A stretch of DNA of 64,000 nucleotides from an uncultured Gemmatimonadales bacterium (GCA_963707505.1 CAVPQB010000006.1:672001-736000), one strand, 5' to 3'; positions 28,808-40,117 are shown, counted from the stretch's first letter. Numbers and translations are program-made. Notes: generated by a model not told the origin, from the sequence alone.

Positions 28808-30913
28808 TCAACTGCAGAAAAAGAGATTGCACATCCATACCGTACGCACGCTAGGGTCATAGCCGTTTCGTTGCGGTATTGCTCCCCACGACCACTGGAC
28901 CGGGACCGGGTCGAATGGTCCGCGTAGCCCTGCGAACTTGCTGCGCTCATCCGGTGTGATGTTGGGGGAATAATATCCAGGTATTGGCTGGCAGCCTGGT
29001 GGCCCTGTGTTTGCCGGCGACGCTCCCGATGTTGCAGCGGGTGCTGTCGCTGCCGATGAGGCCGACGCTGTTGTCGGCGATCCAGTCACACTATATATAC
29101 ACGCACTGTTATAACTGGCAGGCTTCTCCATACAGTACATCAAGTAGTCAATGCCGTCAGCTGGGATGAAGGTGTTGTCTGCCCGGGTCACCGTGCAATC
29201 GCGTATTGCGGTCGCGACCGTAGCGTGCGTGAATGCGACGTTGTCGCTGTAGTACTGGTAGCCGGGTCCGCTGCGGTACACCGTCCGCTGCCCCGTACCG
29301 TCGCCCAGGTGCAGTAGCGTCGACGCGATCGCGCCTTCCGTGCTGGGGCCGATTGGCGTAAAGCCCGTGCCGACTGGCGGTCCGGCGAAATCACCGTTGT
29401 TGAACTCCGGATACAGAGTGTCACCGAGCGTGGCACCCCAGAGAGCAACAGCCTGGTAATCGGCGACTCCTTCGCGTAAGGCGCATTGGTAATTCGTCAC
29501 CAAGGTGTAACTGTGGTGCGCGCAAGAGTATTGGTTGGCATTGGCGTCCGTGATGCGTATCCGTCCCAGAGCCTTCTCGTGGACAGCGTGCCCATATTCG
29601 TGTGCAGCTACAAAGAGGCCGTACGAGCCCGTGGCGTAGCCCTCGTGGATCGTGATCGAGTCGGTGCGTGGATCATAGTTGGCCAGAGTAGTGTCCTGTG
29701 GTCCGTCGACGAAATTGACACCAATCGCGCCTCTCGAAACCGCGAACACCTGCCGCGACCTGCTCACAGTCTGGCTCAAGTTGTCGAAGGTCTCTGCCTG
29801 CGATGGGGCGCCGACCCAGTAACCCCCGGTATATGTCCCGCACATGTCAACGGCAGCATTGGCTTGGTCGGGCCAGTAACCAAGATCCGCTTGCGGCATC
29901 GAGGGCCGGTTCGTTACCAGCACTGTCACAACCAAGTTGGTGGTGCTTGCCGACATCTGGAGATAGCCGCGCTCGTACGAAGGCGGGCAGTTCAACGTGA
30001 AGTTGCCGTTGGCGTCGGTCTGTGTCACCGAATTGAACCCGCTCCCTCGCGTGTCGAATATCCCGACCTGCGCGTTGGGAAGGCTCACGGAGTAGCCGGC
30101 GCGGGCGTTGTAGTACATGAGCGTCCCCGAGAATTGCGAGGGTGACGGGCCTGGTGGCGGTGGCGGGTCGCAGGTCGGGTCGTTCGGATCGCAGATTGGA
30201 ATCAGTGCCGGCTGCGCTGAGAGGCCAGCCGCAGCAGATGGAGCTGCTGCGTACTGAAGCACCGGGTCGACCGTCTTGTTGGCCTTCCGAAAGACTTGAA
30301 GATCACCGAGCGAGTTGATCACCTCACCACCGGTACTCGTCACATTTACCCATACGACCTTCGTAGCCGCGGTGTTCTGTATCATGCCATCGGCATCGAT
30401 TTCGGGGTCGTCGCTGGTGACTGATGCGCGCACGTAGTACAGCCCAGGCACAGGGAACGTCACACTCACAGCCCGTCGAACCTGCCTCGGTCCCTGCTGT
30501 GCTGCGCCGCGCCAGGACAGCTGCACACCTGGATTACGCCGCGCGGAGCTATGCATTCCGTGCGTCGAGCGATAGGCAATCTCGGTGATCGCTGGCACCT
30601 CGAGCTCGGCATGCGCACGCGTGGTCGAGATGTTCACATCGGCTGATACTTCAAGCGTGACCGGCGTTCCAACCCGAACGGCAGAGACCGCGTTGACACT
30701 GATCGGGCCGAACCGTTGTCGGACCGGCGGCTCGATGATGATACCTGCTTGTACCTGCGCGGCGGGGGAGATCGCGAGGTCAGCGCGCGCTCCGGGCACG
30801 TTGTTCGGAGCAACTGGAGAATCTTTCGAGCAGCTAGCTATCAGAACGCCCGCGATTATGGCAATCCCAGCTAGAGGCAGGCGGGTCAAGCATTTCCCAA
30901 ATATGCTTCGCAT
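28808..30913 (-). CDS. Secreted lipoprotein zinc metalloprotease (zincin/gluzincin-like)
   Basis: Lipobox LIASC, Pro linker, AHEYGHAVHE and downstream REGVADY. Confidence 0.7.
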   Translation of the reverse strand: MRSIFGKCLTRLPLAGIAIIAGVLIASCSKDSPVAPNNVPGARADLAISPAAQVQAGIIIEPPVRQRFGPISVNAVSAVRVGTPVTLEVSADVNISTTRAHAELEVPAITEIAYRSTHGMHSSARRNPGVQLSWRGAAQQGPRQVRRAVSVTFPVPGLYYVRASVTSDDPEIDADGMIQNTAATKVVWVNVTSTGGEVINSLGDLQVFRKANKTVDPVLQYAAAPSAAAGLSAQPALIPICDPNDPTCDPPPPPGPSPSQFSGTLMYYNARAGYSVSLPNAQVGIFDTRGSGFNSVTQTDANGNFTLNCPPSYERGYLQMSASTTNLVVTVLVTNRPSMPQADLGYWPDQANAAVDMCGTYTGGYWVGAPSQAETFDNLSQTVSRSRQVFAVSRGAIGVNFVDGPQDTTLANYDPRTDSITIHEGYATGSYGLFVAAHEYGHAVHEKALGRIRITDANANQYSCAHHSYTLVTNYQCALREGVADYQAVALWGATLGDTLYPEFNNGDFAGPPVGTGFTPIGPSTEGAIASTLLHLGDGTGQRTVYRSGPGYQYYSDNVAFTHATVATAIRDCTVTRADNTFIPADGIDYLMYCMEKPASYNSACIYSVTGSPTTASASSAATAPAATSGASPANTGPPGCQPIPGYYSPNITPDERSKFAGLRGPFDPVPVQWSWGAIPQRNGYDPSVRTVWMCNLFFCS

Positions 30914-30971
30914 TACAGAACTCCGCGTCCAGGGTGGTTGATTAACTACTCCATCAACGACAACCGCAGCT

Positions 30972-31003
30972 TCGGATGATTCTCTACGCTCGGATGATTC
31001 TCT
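30972..31003. repeat. 14-bp perfect direct repeat upstream of the zincin gene
   Basis: TCGGATGATTCTCT at 30972 and 30990. Confidence 0.7.
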
Positions 31004-31466
31004 CTTGCGCCAGACAGTAAACAGAGCCCGCAGAGCACGAGTTCGGTTCTGGAAGGTCCCCCCAAACGCGAAAATGCGCCAGACAGGGTGTCTGCGCAAG
31101 ATGGCGTCGGGATTGGTTGGTAAACGCTTGAATAGCGCCGGCATTCAGAGCAAAAATGTTCGAGGCTCAACGCGCAAACTTTCCGCGGACGATCCGGGGA
31201 AGTTTGGAAGGCATCCTCATCATCCACGTCGCCATTCTCGGATTACAGAATTGTGGAGATGCGCCAGAGTGCTTGCGACTTTCGCATGGCGCGAGTCGAA
31301 GTCATTGCGAATGGTCGGTTCTTGGCCAAAGACGATGCGAACAACAGGCTCTGCGCGTACGCACGCGTCGTTCAGCCCGTCGCAGTGCCTTTGGCTGTAG
31401 TCGCAGCAACTTAGACCAATTCGCATCCTCTTTGTCATCCGACACCCCCGTAAACATCTGCCGCAA

Positions 31467-31482
31467 GCAAGTGCCCACTTGC
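31467..31482. promoter_or_regulatory. Candidate TetR operator
   Basis: GCAAGTG-CC-CACTTGC palindrome about 33 bp upstream of tetR. Confidence 0.55.
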
Positions 31483-31515
31483 AGAAATGAACACGCGTCC
31501 ATTTAATTCTTCCCC

Positions 31516-32103
31516 ATGGAAAGGCGCGAAGAACTCCTCCGGGCTGCCGCCCGAGTCTATGCTCGGCACGGATACCGGGGCTCGACCACCCGACGCATCG
31601 CCGACGAGGCGGGGGTCAATGAGATAACCATTTTCCGGCAATTCGGGACCAAGGATACGCTCATCCATGAGGCCATCGCCTCGTCGGGGATGAGTGGTCC
31701 GCTAGTCGAGCTTCCCAAAGTGCCGGTTGATCCCCAACGTGAGCTGCAGGAATGGGCGGCTGCGCTCCGCTCTCATATATGTGCCTCCCGTTCACTCATG
31801 CGACGCTGCATGAGCGAGCGCGAGGAACACCCCCAGTTGAGCGCTTCAGCCAATCGTGGTCCGATGCGTGCGGCGGCCGCTCTGCAGGCATACTTCGGAC
31901 GGCTTCAGCAGCACGGCTTCATCAAGGGCGACGTCAATGCCCGTGCGGCGGCGGCGATGTTGATCGGTACGATCTTTTCCGATGCAATGGGCCGAGATGT
32001 GATGCCGGACATCTATCCGAGCACGCCCGCGGCCGCCGCTGAACAGTACACGGCTCTCATTCTAAGAGCGATCGGTCTCTCGCCGCGCACTGCGGACGCA
32101 TAG
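31516..32103 (+). CDS. TetR/AcrR family regulator
   Basis: GYRGSTTRRIADEAGVNEITIFRQFGTK HTH. Confidence 0.93.
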   Translation: MERREELLRAAARVYARHGYRGSTTRRIADEAGVNEITIFRQFGTKDTLIHEAIASSGMSGPLVELPKVPVDPQRELQEWAAALRSHICASRSLMRRCMSEREEHPQLSASANRGPMRAAAALQAYFGRLQQHGFIKGDVNARAAAAMLIGTIFSDAMGRDVMPDIYPSTPAAAAEQYTALILRAIGLSPRTADA

Positions 32104-32136
32104 TCAGACACAAAACCAGATTCATTCGACAACTCG

Positions 32137-33880
32137 ATGATACCTACTACGGCCACAATCACCCGCACAAACCGGATTCAACGCGCGCTGGCCGGCGGTC
32201 TGCTTGCATCGTCTGCGCTCGTCGCAGCGGCGATGCCAGTAACGTTGCGCGCGCAGCAGCCGATCACGCACGCAGACTCCAACGCGGCGACGCCGGCGCG
32301 ACCACTGTCGCTCGGCGATGCCGTCGATATTGCGCAGAGGCAGAGTCAGGTCGTGCACATCGCCAACAACGCGATACAGCGCGCACAGGGTGGCCAGTAT
32401 CAGGCGCGCAGCGGTCTCTTCCCGCAACTGAACGCAACCGCGAACTACACGCGCACGCTTGCGTCACAATTTTCCAAGGCGTTCTCATCTTCACCGAGCA
32501 CCGCACCAAGCGGTCCGGCGGGCCCGTGTAATCAATACCTGTTCAACGGCGACTCATCCGAGCTGGCGCGCGTCGCTGGTCTCGAGAATTACGCGCGGTG
32601 CACGGTCGCGGGCCATAGCGCGAGCGATGCTTCCACCGGCGGAATCGATTTCAGCAAGGTCGGTTTCGGTTCCGTGAACGGCTACACGCTCGGCCTCTCA
32701 GGCTCGCAGAACATATTCACTGGTGGTCGTCTCTCAGGTCAGATCCAGGCGGCCAATGCAACACAACGCTCGGCGCGCATCGAGCTCACCGCACAGCAGG
32801 CGCAGCTTCGTCTCGACGTGACGTCGGCGTACTATGACGCTGCATTGTCGGATCGTCTGCTGGCCATCGCGCAATCGACGCTGAAGCAGACACAGGCCCT
32901 GCTGGCGCAGACTCAGCTGCAACAAAAAGTGGGCAACACCAGCGAGTTCGATCTGTTGCGTGCGCAGGTTTCGGTGAGTAATCAGCTTCCTGTGGTGATC
33001 CAGGCTCAGAGCGCGCGCGAGGTTGCATATCTCAAGCTCAAGCAGCTGCTGAATCTTCCGTTCGAGCAGCGACTCGCGCTCACCACGTCGGTCGAGGATT
33101 CCACAGCTGCACCGCCCGGCGTCGATCTCGCCCGCGCATCGTCGCCGGATACGCTCACGGATCATCGCGCGCCTGTGCGGGAAGCCGTCGAGGCTGTTAC
33201 GGCCCAGAAGGGACAGTTGAAGGTCGCGCGCTCGGAGCGGATTCCGACGCTGCAGCTCTCGACTGCGTACAGCAGAGTCGCATATCCCAGCATCCGGGCT
33301 CCCGTCGCTGGCGGATTTCAGCCCCAACTGGACGGTAACGCTGTCGACGTCGTTCCCGATCTTCCAGGGCGGACGCATTCACGGCGACAAGATGGTGGCC
33401 GAGTCGAATGTGCGAGATGCACAGGCGCGCCTGGAGCAGGCACGCGAGGGTGCTGCGCTGGACTCGCGCGTCGCACTCAACACACTGCGCCAGGCTGAAG
33501 CAACTTTCGAAGCAAGCGCTGGCACCGCATCACAGGCGCAGCGCGCTTATGAGATTGCCGAAGTGAGATACAAGGAAGGGATCTCGACGCAGCTCGAGTT
33601 GAACGACACACGGAATCAACTTGCGCAGGCGCTGGTGAACAGGGCGCAGGCATCACGCGACGTACAGGTCGCGCGCGTGCGACTCGCACTGTTGCCGGAT
33701 CTGCCGGTGCAGACTGCGACAGCGGGGCAGACCAATCTTTCACAACAGCAACAGCAACAGCAGCAGCAAGCGCAACAACAGACACAACCGCAGACGACGC
33801 AGCCGGCGGGGGCGCCGGGTCAGAGCACACCAACCGCGGCCGGCACATCGCCGACTGGACAATCAGGGATCAATCCATAA
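32137..33880 (+). CDS. TolC-family outer-membrane efflux protein (apparent frameshift near 33290)
   Basis: OEP repeats (LSLGDAV, FPQLN, IFTGGR; YKEGISTQLE in second frame); poly-Gln tail. Confidence 0.85.
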
Positions 33881-35020
33881 ATGCGACGCACTTACACATA
33901 TCTCCCACTTGCCCTGGCAACGGTTACGCTCGCGACAGGCTGCAAGCGCAAGACGGCTGAAGCGGCAGATACAGTTCAGCAGCTGGTCGTCGGCACCGAG
34001 AACATCGCGATCGCGCGACACGGATCGGTGACGAACGGACCCGCGATCTCGGGATCGCTCGACGCCGAGCTGAACGCGACTGTGCGCGCGCAGATCGCGG
34101 GCTCGATCATCTCCACCGACGCCGACGTTGGACAGTCCGTCCGAAAGGGTCAGCTACTCGGCCGCATCGACGCGTCCGGTTTGCAGGACGCATATCTGAG
34201 CGCCAAGTCGGCCGTTTCGTCGGCCGAAGCAACGGCAGCTGTTGCGCAACGCAATCTGCAGCGCAGCCAGACGCTGCTGCAGGCCGGTGCGATCGCGCAG
34301 CGGGATCTCGAGACTGCTCAGACTCAGGCGTCGAGTGCACAGGCCGCACTCGAAGATGCAAAGTCCCGGCTCGCAACCGCGCAGAAGAATTTCGATAACA
34401 CGCGGATCACCGCCCCGTTCGACGGCATCGTGAGTCAGAAAAGTGTGAGCCCCGGGGATGTAGTGCAGCCGGGCGGTGCACTGTTCACCGTCGTCGATCC
34501 GTCGACGATGCGGCTCGTCGCAGCGGTTCCCTCGGATCAGCTGTCGATGCTTCGCGTAGGCACCGACGTGACGTTCACAGTGACCGGATATCTCGGTCAG
34601 GAATTTCACGGCAAGGTGACGCGCGTGAGCCCGGCCGTCGACCCGACGACGCGTCAGGTGCAGATCATCGTATCGATTCCGAACAAGAGCCACACGCTCA
34701 TCACGGGACTCTATGCGGATGGCCGCATCTCCAGCCGGACGGAGGAAGGAATCGTCGTTCCGCTTTCGGCGGTCGATACGCGCATGCAGCGTCCCGCGGT
34801 CGTCGAGATAAAGGGTGGCAAGGTTACACGCGTCGACGTCGCGCTCGGGATGCGCGATCCGACGAGCGAGACCGTGCAGATCACAAACGGAGTCGCAGTT
34901 GGGGACACGCTGCTGATTGCGGCTGCCCAGGGCATCACGCCAGGTACACCGGTACGCGTGCAGCCACCGCCATCGGATCAGAGCGCGCAAACCAACACCA
35001 CGCCAAACAGCGGTCGCTAG
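33881..35020 (+). CDS. RND efflux periplasmic adaptor (MFP)
   Basis: Lipobox ATGC, VRKGQLL, ITAPFDGIV, VDPTTR. Confidence 0.92.
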   Translation: MRRTYTYLPLALATVTLATGCKRKTAEAADTVQQLVVGTENIAIARHGSVTNGPAISGSLDAELNATVRAQIAGSIISTDADVGQSVRKGQLLGRIDASGLQDAYLSAKSAVSSAEATAAVAQRNLQRSQTLLQAGAIAQRDLETAQTQASSAQAALEDAKSRLATAQKNFDNTRITAPFDGIVSQKSVSPGDVVQPGGALFTVVDPSTMRLVAAVPSDQLSMLRVGTDVTFTVTGYLGQEFHGKVTRVSPAVDPTTRQVQIIVSIPNKSHTLITGLYADGRISSRTEEGIVVPLSAVDTRMQRPAVVEIKGGKVTRVDVALGMRDPTSETVQITNGVAVGDTLLIAAAQGITPGTPVRVQPPPSDQSAQTNTTPNSGR

Positions 35021-35030
35021 AGGCTTCACG

Positions 35031-38000
35031 ATGTTCATCTCAGACTTCGCGATCAAGCGTCCCATTGTCACAGTGGTGATAATGGTCGCGCTCGTGATCT
35101 TCGGACTGTTCTCCGCGTTCAATACGGACGTGGATGAGCTACCCGACATTCAGCAGCCGATCGTGTTCGTTGCCGTTCCGTATCCCGGCGCGTCGCCGGA
35201 TCAGGTCGAGCGTGAAGTGGTCGATCGAATGGAAGAGGCGTTCCAGGGTCTCAACGGTATCGATCAGATCACATCGACGTCAACGGACGGCTTCGCGCAG
35301 ATCATCGTGCAGTTCGTTTACTCCAAGCCGACCGACGAGGCGGCGCAGGATGTACGCGATGCGATCTCCGGAATTCGCGACAAGCTCCCGGTCGAGATGA
35401 AGGAGCCGATCATCAAGAAGTTCGATCCGGCTGATCAGCCGATCGTGTCGCTCACTCTTTCGTCCAACACGCTCAAGCCGAACGAGCTGACGATTCTGGC
35501 GGACCCGGACATCACGCGCCAGCTTCAGGGACTGTCAGGAGTGGCGCAGGTGACATTGTCGGGTGGCGTCGACCGCGAAATTTCGGTCGACGTGATTCCA
35601 GCCCGTCTCAATGCGGCGAAGGTGAGCGTGTCGGACGTCGTCAACGCACTCAACGCGCAGAATCTCGCGGTTCCGGTCGGCATGATCACGGGTTCGCTGG
35701 AAGAGCGCTCGATCCGGCTGCGTGGGCGTATCGAGGACGCAAGAGACTTCGGTCAGCTCGTCGTCGCGCAACGGGGCGGGCAGGTGATCCGTCTCGCGGA
35801 CGTCGCGAACGTATATGACGGATCCGCGGAGCAGCGATCGCTCGCTCTATTCAACGGCGTCGAAGGTATCGGTATCGACATCACGAAGTCGAAGGGGAGC
35901 AGCACGACGCGCGTGAGCGATGAGATCAACGAGCGCGTAAAGGAGATAAGAAAGACCCTGCCGGCGGGCGTGACACTCGACGTCGTGCGCGATGCGGGGC
36001 CGCGCGTGACAAATTCGGTGCGGAACGTCGAGGAGGCGCTCGTCGAGGGCGCAATCCTTACGGTGATCGTCGTGTTCCTCTTCCTCAACTCGTGGCGTTC
36101 GACCGTGATCACCGGTCTTGCACTGCCGGTTTCCGCGATCTCGGCGTTCATCGCAGTCCATGCCTTCGGGTTCACGCTCAACACGATGTCGCTGCTCGGC
36201 CTTTCGCTCGCGATCGGAATACTGATCGACGACGCGATAGTAGTGCGAGAGAACATCGTGCGGCACATCGAGATGGGTGAAGACCATTTCACGGCTGCGC
36301 ACACGGGTACCGACGAAATCGGTCTCGCTGTAACAGCGACGACGCTGTCGATCATGGCGGTGTTCGTTCCGATCGCGTTCATGAGCGGCATATCCGGACA
36401 GTGGTTCCGGCCGTTCGCGCTGACGATTGCATGCGCAGTTCTTGTCTCGCTCTTCGTCTCGTTCTCGCTCGATCCGATGCTCTCGGCGTACTGGCCCGAT
36501 CCCGCGATCGAGGCGCACGAGCATCGCAGCTGGATCTCGCGCAAGCTGGACACGTTCAACAAGTGGTTCGACAGACAGGCGGATAACTACAAGGGCGTGA
36601 TTGCGTGGGCGCTGGATCATCGCGCCGATATGGTCGCGATCTCGATTGGTGTGTTCTTCGCGAGCATTCTGATTCCCGCGAAGGGGTTGTTCGCGGCGCT
36701 GACGCTGCTCGCCGGCGTACTGCTGATCGTATGGTTGATGTCGTTCAACTATCCGAAATCAGCCCTTGGTACCACTCTCAAGAGCGTCATCGCCGTCGGC
36801 GTGTTCGTGGGCTCTCTGGTGTTCGGTCTCACACTGCCAGAGCCCGGCTGGGCCAAGCTGGGGGGCGGTTTCATTCCTGATTCGGACAACTCCGAGCTGA
36901 ATGTCTCGGTCGAAGCGCCGCCAGGATCGAACATCGATTACACGCACATAAAGGCCGAGGAGATCGGGCGCATCATTCGCACGCACAAGGAAGTTGCATA
37001 TACGTACACGACTGTTGGCACTGCGACGGGTTCGGGCGAGGTGGATGTCGGGAGCATCTACGTCAAGCTGGTTCCCAAGAATGAGCGATCCATATCGCAG
37101 GGCGACCTGAGCAACATCATCCGTGCAGAGATTTCCCATGTCGCCGGTGTTACCGCGTACACGTTCAACAGCAGCTTCGCCGGTAATCAGAAGCAGATTC
37201 AGGTTCAGATTCGCGGCAACGATGCCGCACAACTGAATGCGGTAGCGGAGCAGATGGAAGTCGAGGTGCGGAAGGTTCCGGGGGCGGCCGACGTGGGACT
37301 GTCGACGAAGGGCCTCAAGCCGGAGCTCGACGTGCAGCTGAATCGCGGTCTCGCCGGAACACTCGGCATCACCGTTGGGCAGCTCGCGCAGGCGCTGCGG
37401 CCGGCGTTCGCCGGTGTGCAGGCTGGCAGCTGGGTGGATCCAACAGGAAAGACGCGCGACGTTACGGTTCGTCTTCCAGCGGCTTCGCGACAGAACGCTT
37501 CGGATCTGCGGCAGTTGCCGATCAGTGTGCCGGCCGCGAACGGCGCCTCTTCGGCACAGTCGTCCACCGCTGCTGCGACTCCGATCAATTCGGGACCGCA
37601 GACGATTCCGCTCGGCCAGATCGCGACCGTGCGTCTGACAACCGGGCCGGCGCAGATCGACCATCTGGACGAGGACAAGGTCGTCACGGTGGGTGTCAAT
37701 CCGCAGGGACGTCCATTGAGCGAGGTGTCTGCTGACGTGAATCGCGCGATCGCGAAGGTTCCATTGCCGCCCGGCGTGCACCTGTCGCAGGGCGGGCAGG
37801 TGAAGGATCAGAACGAGGTGTACGGCGCGATTGTCGCCGCGCTCGGCCTCGCGATTCTGTTGATGTATCTCATTCTCGTGGTGCAGTTCGGATCGTTCCT
37901 GGATCCGCTTGCGATCATGTTGTCACTTCCGTTGTCGCTGATCGGAGTCGTGCTCGCGTTGCTTGTAACAGGCGGCACGCTGAACATCATGTCGATGATC

Positions 38001-38441
38001 GGTGTGATTCTGTTGATGGGAATCGTCGCGAAGAATGCGATTCTGCTGGTGGACTTCGCCAAGTGGACGCGTGAATCGAAGAAGATCACGTTGCGCGAGG
38101 CGCTCATCGAAGCTGGCAGGGTACGTCTGCGTCCGATTCTCATGACGACGTTCGCGCTCATCGCTGGCATGATTCCGGTAGCGCTCGGAATCGGCGAGGG
38201 CGCCGACTTCCGTGCGCCGCTGGGACGTGCGGTGATAGGTGGCGTCATAACGTCGACGTTGCTCACGTTGATCGTCATCCCGACGTTCTACGAGATCCTC
38301 GACGAATGGCGCGAGAAGCTCGTGCATGCGTTTGGGCGTGGGACGGAGGGTGAGCACGAGCATGTGCCGGAGCACGCGCCGCGGGCCGAGCCTGGCATGG
38401 GAGCGCCGCCGAGACCAGCCATGGGCGAGCCGACACCGTAG
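35031..38441 (+). CDS. RND efflux permease (AcrB/HAE1-like)
   Basis: MFISDFAIKRP, GILIDDAIVVRENI, KNAILLVDF, RLRPILMT. Confidence 0.95.
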   Translation: MFISDFAIKRPIVTVVIMVALVIFGLFSAFNTDVDELPDIQQPIVFVAVPYPGASPDQVEREVVDRMEEAFQGLNGIDQITSTSTDGFAQIIVQFVYSKPTDEAAQDVRDAISGIRDKLPVEMKEPIIKKFDPADQPIVSLTLSSNTLKPNELTILADPDITRQLQGLSGVAQVTLSGGVDREISVDVIPARLNAAKVSVSDVVNALNAQNLAVPVGMITGSLEERSIRLRGRIEDARDFGQLVVAQRGGQVIRLADVANVYDGSAEQRSLALFNGVEGIGIDITKSKGSSTTRVSDEINERVKEIRKTLPAGVTLDVVRDAGPRVTNSVRNVEEALVEGAILTVIVVFLFLNSWRSTVITGLALPVSAISAFIAVHAFGFTLNTMSLLGLSLAIGILIDDAIVVRENIVRHIEMGEDHFTAAHTGTDEIGLAVTATTLSIMAVFVPIAFMSGISGQWFRPFALTIACAVLVSLFVSFSLDPMLSAYWPDPAIEAHEHRSWISRKLDTFNKWFDRQADNYKGVIAWALDHRADMVAISIGVFFASILIPAKGLFAALTLLAGVLLIVWLMSFNYPKSALGTTLKSVIAVGVFVGSLVFGLTLPEPGWAKLGGGFIPDSDNSELNVSVEAPPGSNIDYTHIKAEEIGRIIRTHKEVAYTYTTVGTATGSGEVDVGSIYVKLVPKNERSISQGDLSNIIRAEISHVAGVTAYTFNSSFAGNQKQIQVQIRGNDAAQLNAVAEQMEVEVRKVPGAADVGLSTKGLKPELDVQLNRGLAGTLGITVGQLAQALRPAFAGVQAGSWVDPTGKTRDVTVRLPAASRQNASDLRQLPISVPAANGASSAQSSTAAATPINSGPQTIPLGQIATVRLTTGPAQIDHLDEDKVVTVGVNPQGRPLSEVSADVNRAIAKVPLPPGVHLSQGGQVKDQNEVYGAIVAALGLAILLMYLILVVQFGSFLDPLAIMLSLPLSLIGVVLALLVTGGTLNIMSMIGVILLMGIVAKNAILLVDFAKWTRESKKITLREALIEAGRVRLRPILMTTFALIAGMIPVALGIGEGADFRAPLGRAVIGGVITSTLLTLIVIPTFYEILDEWREKLVHAFGRGTEGEHEHVPEHAPRAEPGMGAPPRPAMGEPTP

Positions 38442-38451
38442 ATTTCGCCGG

Positions 38452-39330
38452 GTGAGGTCAGCCACCAGCCGCGCGATGCGCGCGGCGCAGGCCGGAATGG
38501 CGGTGAATCTGATCCTCGCGGTCATCAAGCTGATCGCGGGGATCATCGGCCATGCATACGCGCTAGTGGCCGATGCAGTCGAATCGACGGCTGATATTTT
38601 CTCGTCGCTCGTCGTATACGGCGGTCTGCGGATTGCCGCGCAGCCTGCAGATGAGGACCATCCGTACGGTCATGGGCGCGCCGAGGCACTCGCCGGCGCG
38701 TTCGTGGCATTGATGCTGCTTGCTGCGGCGCTCGGAATTGGGATCGAGGCAGTGCGTGAGATAAGAACTCCGCATCACACGCCGAGGGCATGGACGCTCG
38801 CGGTGTTGGTCGGGGTGATCGTCATCAAGCAGGTGATGGCGAGCAAGGTATTCCGGATCGGTTCGGAGATCGGAAGCACGGCGGTGATGGCCGACGCGCA
38901 GCATCACCGCAGCGACGTGATTACATCGACAGCCGCGTTCATCGGCATCAGCATCGCCGTGATCGGCGGTCCGGGCTGGGAGCAGGCAGACGACTGGGCG
39001 GCGCTCGTGGCGTCGCTCGTGATCTGCTACAACGGCGTGAGGATGTTGCGGCCCGCGGTGAACGATCTGATGGATCGCATTCCGGATGACAGCGTGGTGC
39101 AGGGCATAGCGAGCGCGGCGACGAGCGTACCGGAAGTCTGTGCGATCGAGAAGCTCAAGGTACGCAAGGTGGGCTTGCAGTACGCGGTCGATCTGCACGT
39201 TCAGACAGACCCGCAGATGTCACTTCACGACGCGCATATAGTGAGCGGCAAGGTGAAGGGCGCGATACGAGCGGCGATGCCGTCGGTGGATGGAGTGCTG
39301 ATCCACATGGAGCCGTACGACCAGTCGTAG
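38452..39330 (+). CDS. Cation diffusion facilitator (FieF-like)
   Basis: ADAVES..D, HPYGHGRAE, HHRSD, IHMEP; start is GTG 38452 or ATG 38476. Confidence 0.9.
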   Translation: MRSATSRAMRAAQAGMAVNLILAVIKLIAGIIGHAYALVADAVESTADIFSSLVVYGGLRIAAQPADEDHPYGHGRAEALAGAFVALMLLAAALGIGIEAVREIRTPHHTPRAWTLAVLVGVIVIKQVMASKVFRIGSEIGSTAVMADAQHHRSDVITSTAAFIGISIAVIGGPGWEQADDWAALVASLVICYNGVRMLRPAVNDLMDRIPDDSVVQGIASAATSVPEVCAIEKLKVRKVGLQYAVDLHVQTDPQMSLHDAHIVSGKVKGAIRAAMPSVDGVLIHMEPYDQS

Positions 39331-39333
39331 GGG

Positions 39334-39610
39334 TCAGAGAATCGCGCGAAGCACCGGCGTCCGTCTGAACACTGCAGCACTGAGCGCGAACGACGCGATG
39401 CACGCCACGATCGTGAGGAGCGCGAACTTGAACAGAGGGGCGCCCGTGATCGGATGAAGCATGCGCGCGCCGAGTATGACGAAGGGCGGATGAAAGACGT
39501 ACACGCTGAACGCGTTATCCGACATGAATTTCTCGAAACGCCCCTGCGTGAACAGGGCGTCGACCGTACGGCCAGCAGCGGACGAATAGAATGCCCCCGC
39601 CGATCGCATC
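39334..39610 (-). pseudogene. C-terminal remnant of an acyltransferase-3 family membrane protein
   Basis: FMSDNAFSVYVFHPP and terminal RRTPVLRAIL; no room for the N-terminal part. Confidence 0.6.
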
Positions 39611-39805
39611 CAACAGTACGCGTGACGTCCGGTCTGATACAAGATTGGTCAGGTCCAACGGGGGAAAGGTTCATCTGGCGAGCGACCGCGTCGCCGCCGA
39701 CCGGACTACGGGCAAGGAGAGCGGGTCCAGTTGTGCGAGCATCATTTATGCACGCAAGCTGTACGTTTGTGTACGCAATCGTCATCATCAATCCGGAGTG
39801 TCCCC

Positions 39806-40117
39806 GTGTATCTGATTCGAGAGATCATGTACTGCAAGCCGGGCAAGGTACGGCCGATGGTCGAGAAGTTTCTTACCATGTCCAAGCTTGGCGAGAAGTC
39901 GGGCATGCCTCGCATGCGCATCATGACAGACTTCAGCGCGGAGCGCTACTGGACTGTCGTAGCGGAGATGGAGGTTCCCGACCTCGGCGCGTTCGAGAAG
40001 ATGATGTCCGCTCCACCGGGATCAAACGATGACATGAAACAGATGGAAGAGATCATGAAGGACTATCACGAGCTCGTCGATCACGGCAAACGGGAGATCT
40101 ACAAGATCGAGGGTTGA
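39806..40117 (+). CDS. Small dimeric alpha-beta barrel (NIPSNAP-like) protein
   Basis: IREIMYCKPGK...YWTVVAEMEV...GKREIYKIE; GGAG RBS. Confidence 0.6.
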   Translation: MYLIREIMYCKPGKVRPMVEKFLTMSKLGEKSGMPRMRIMTDFSAERYWTVVAEMEVPDLGAFEKMMSAPPGSNDDMKQMEEIMKDYHELVDHGKREIYKIEG

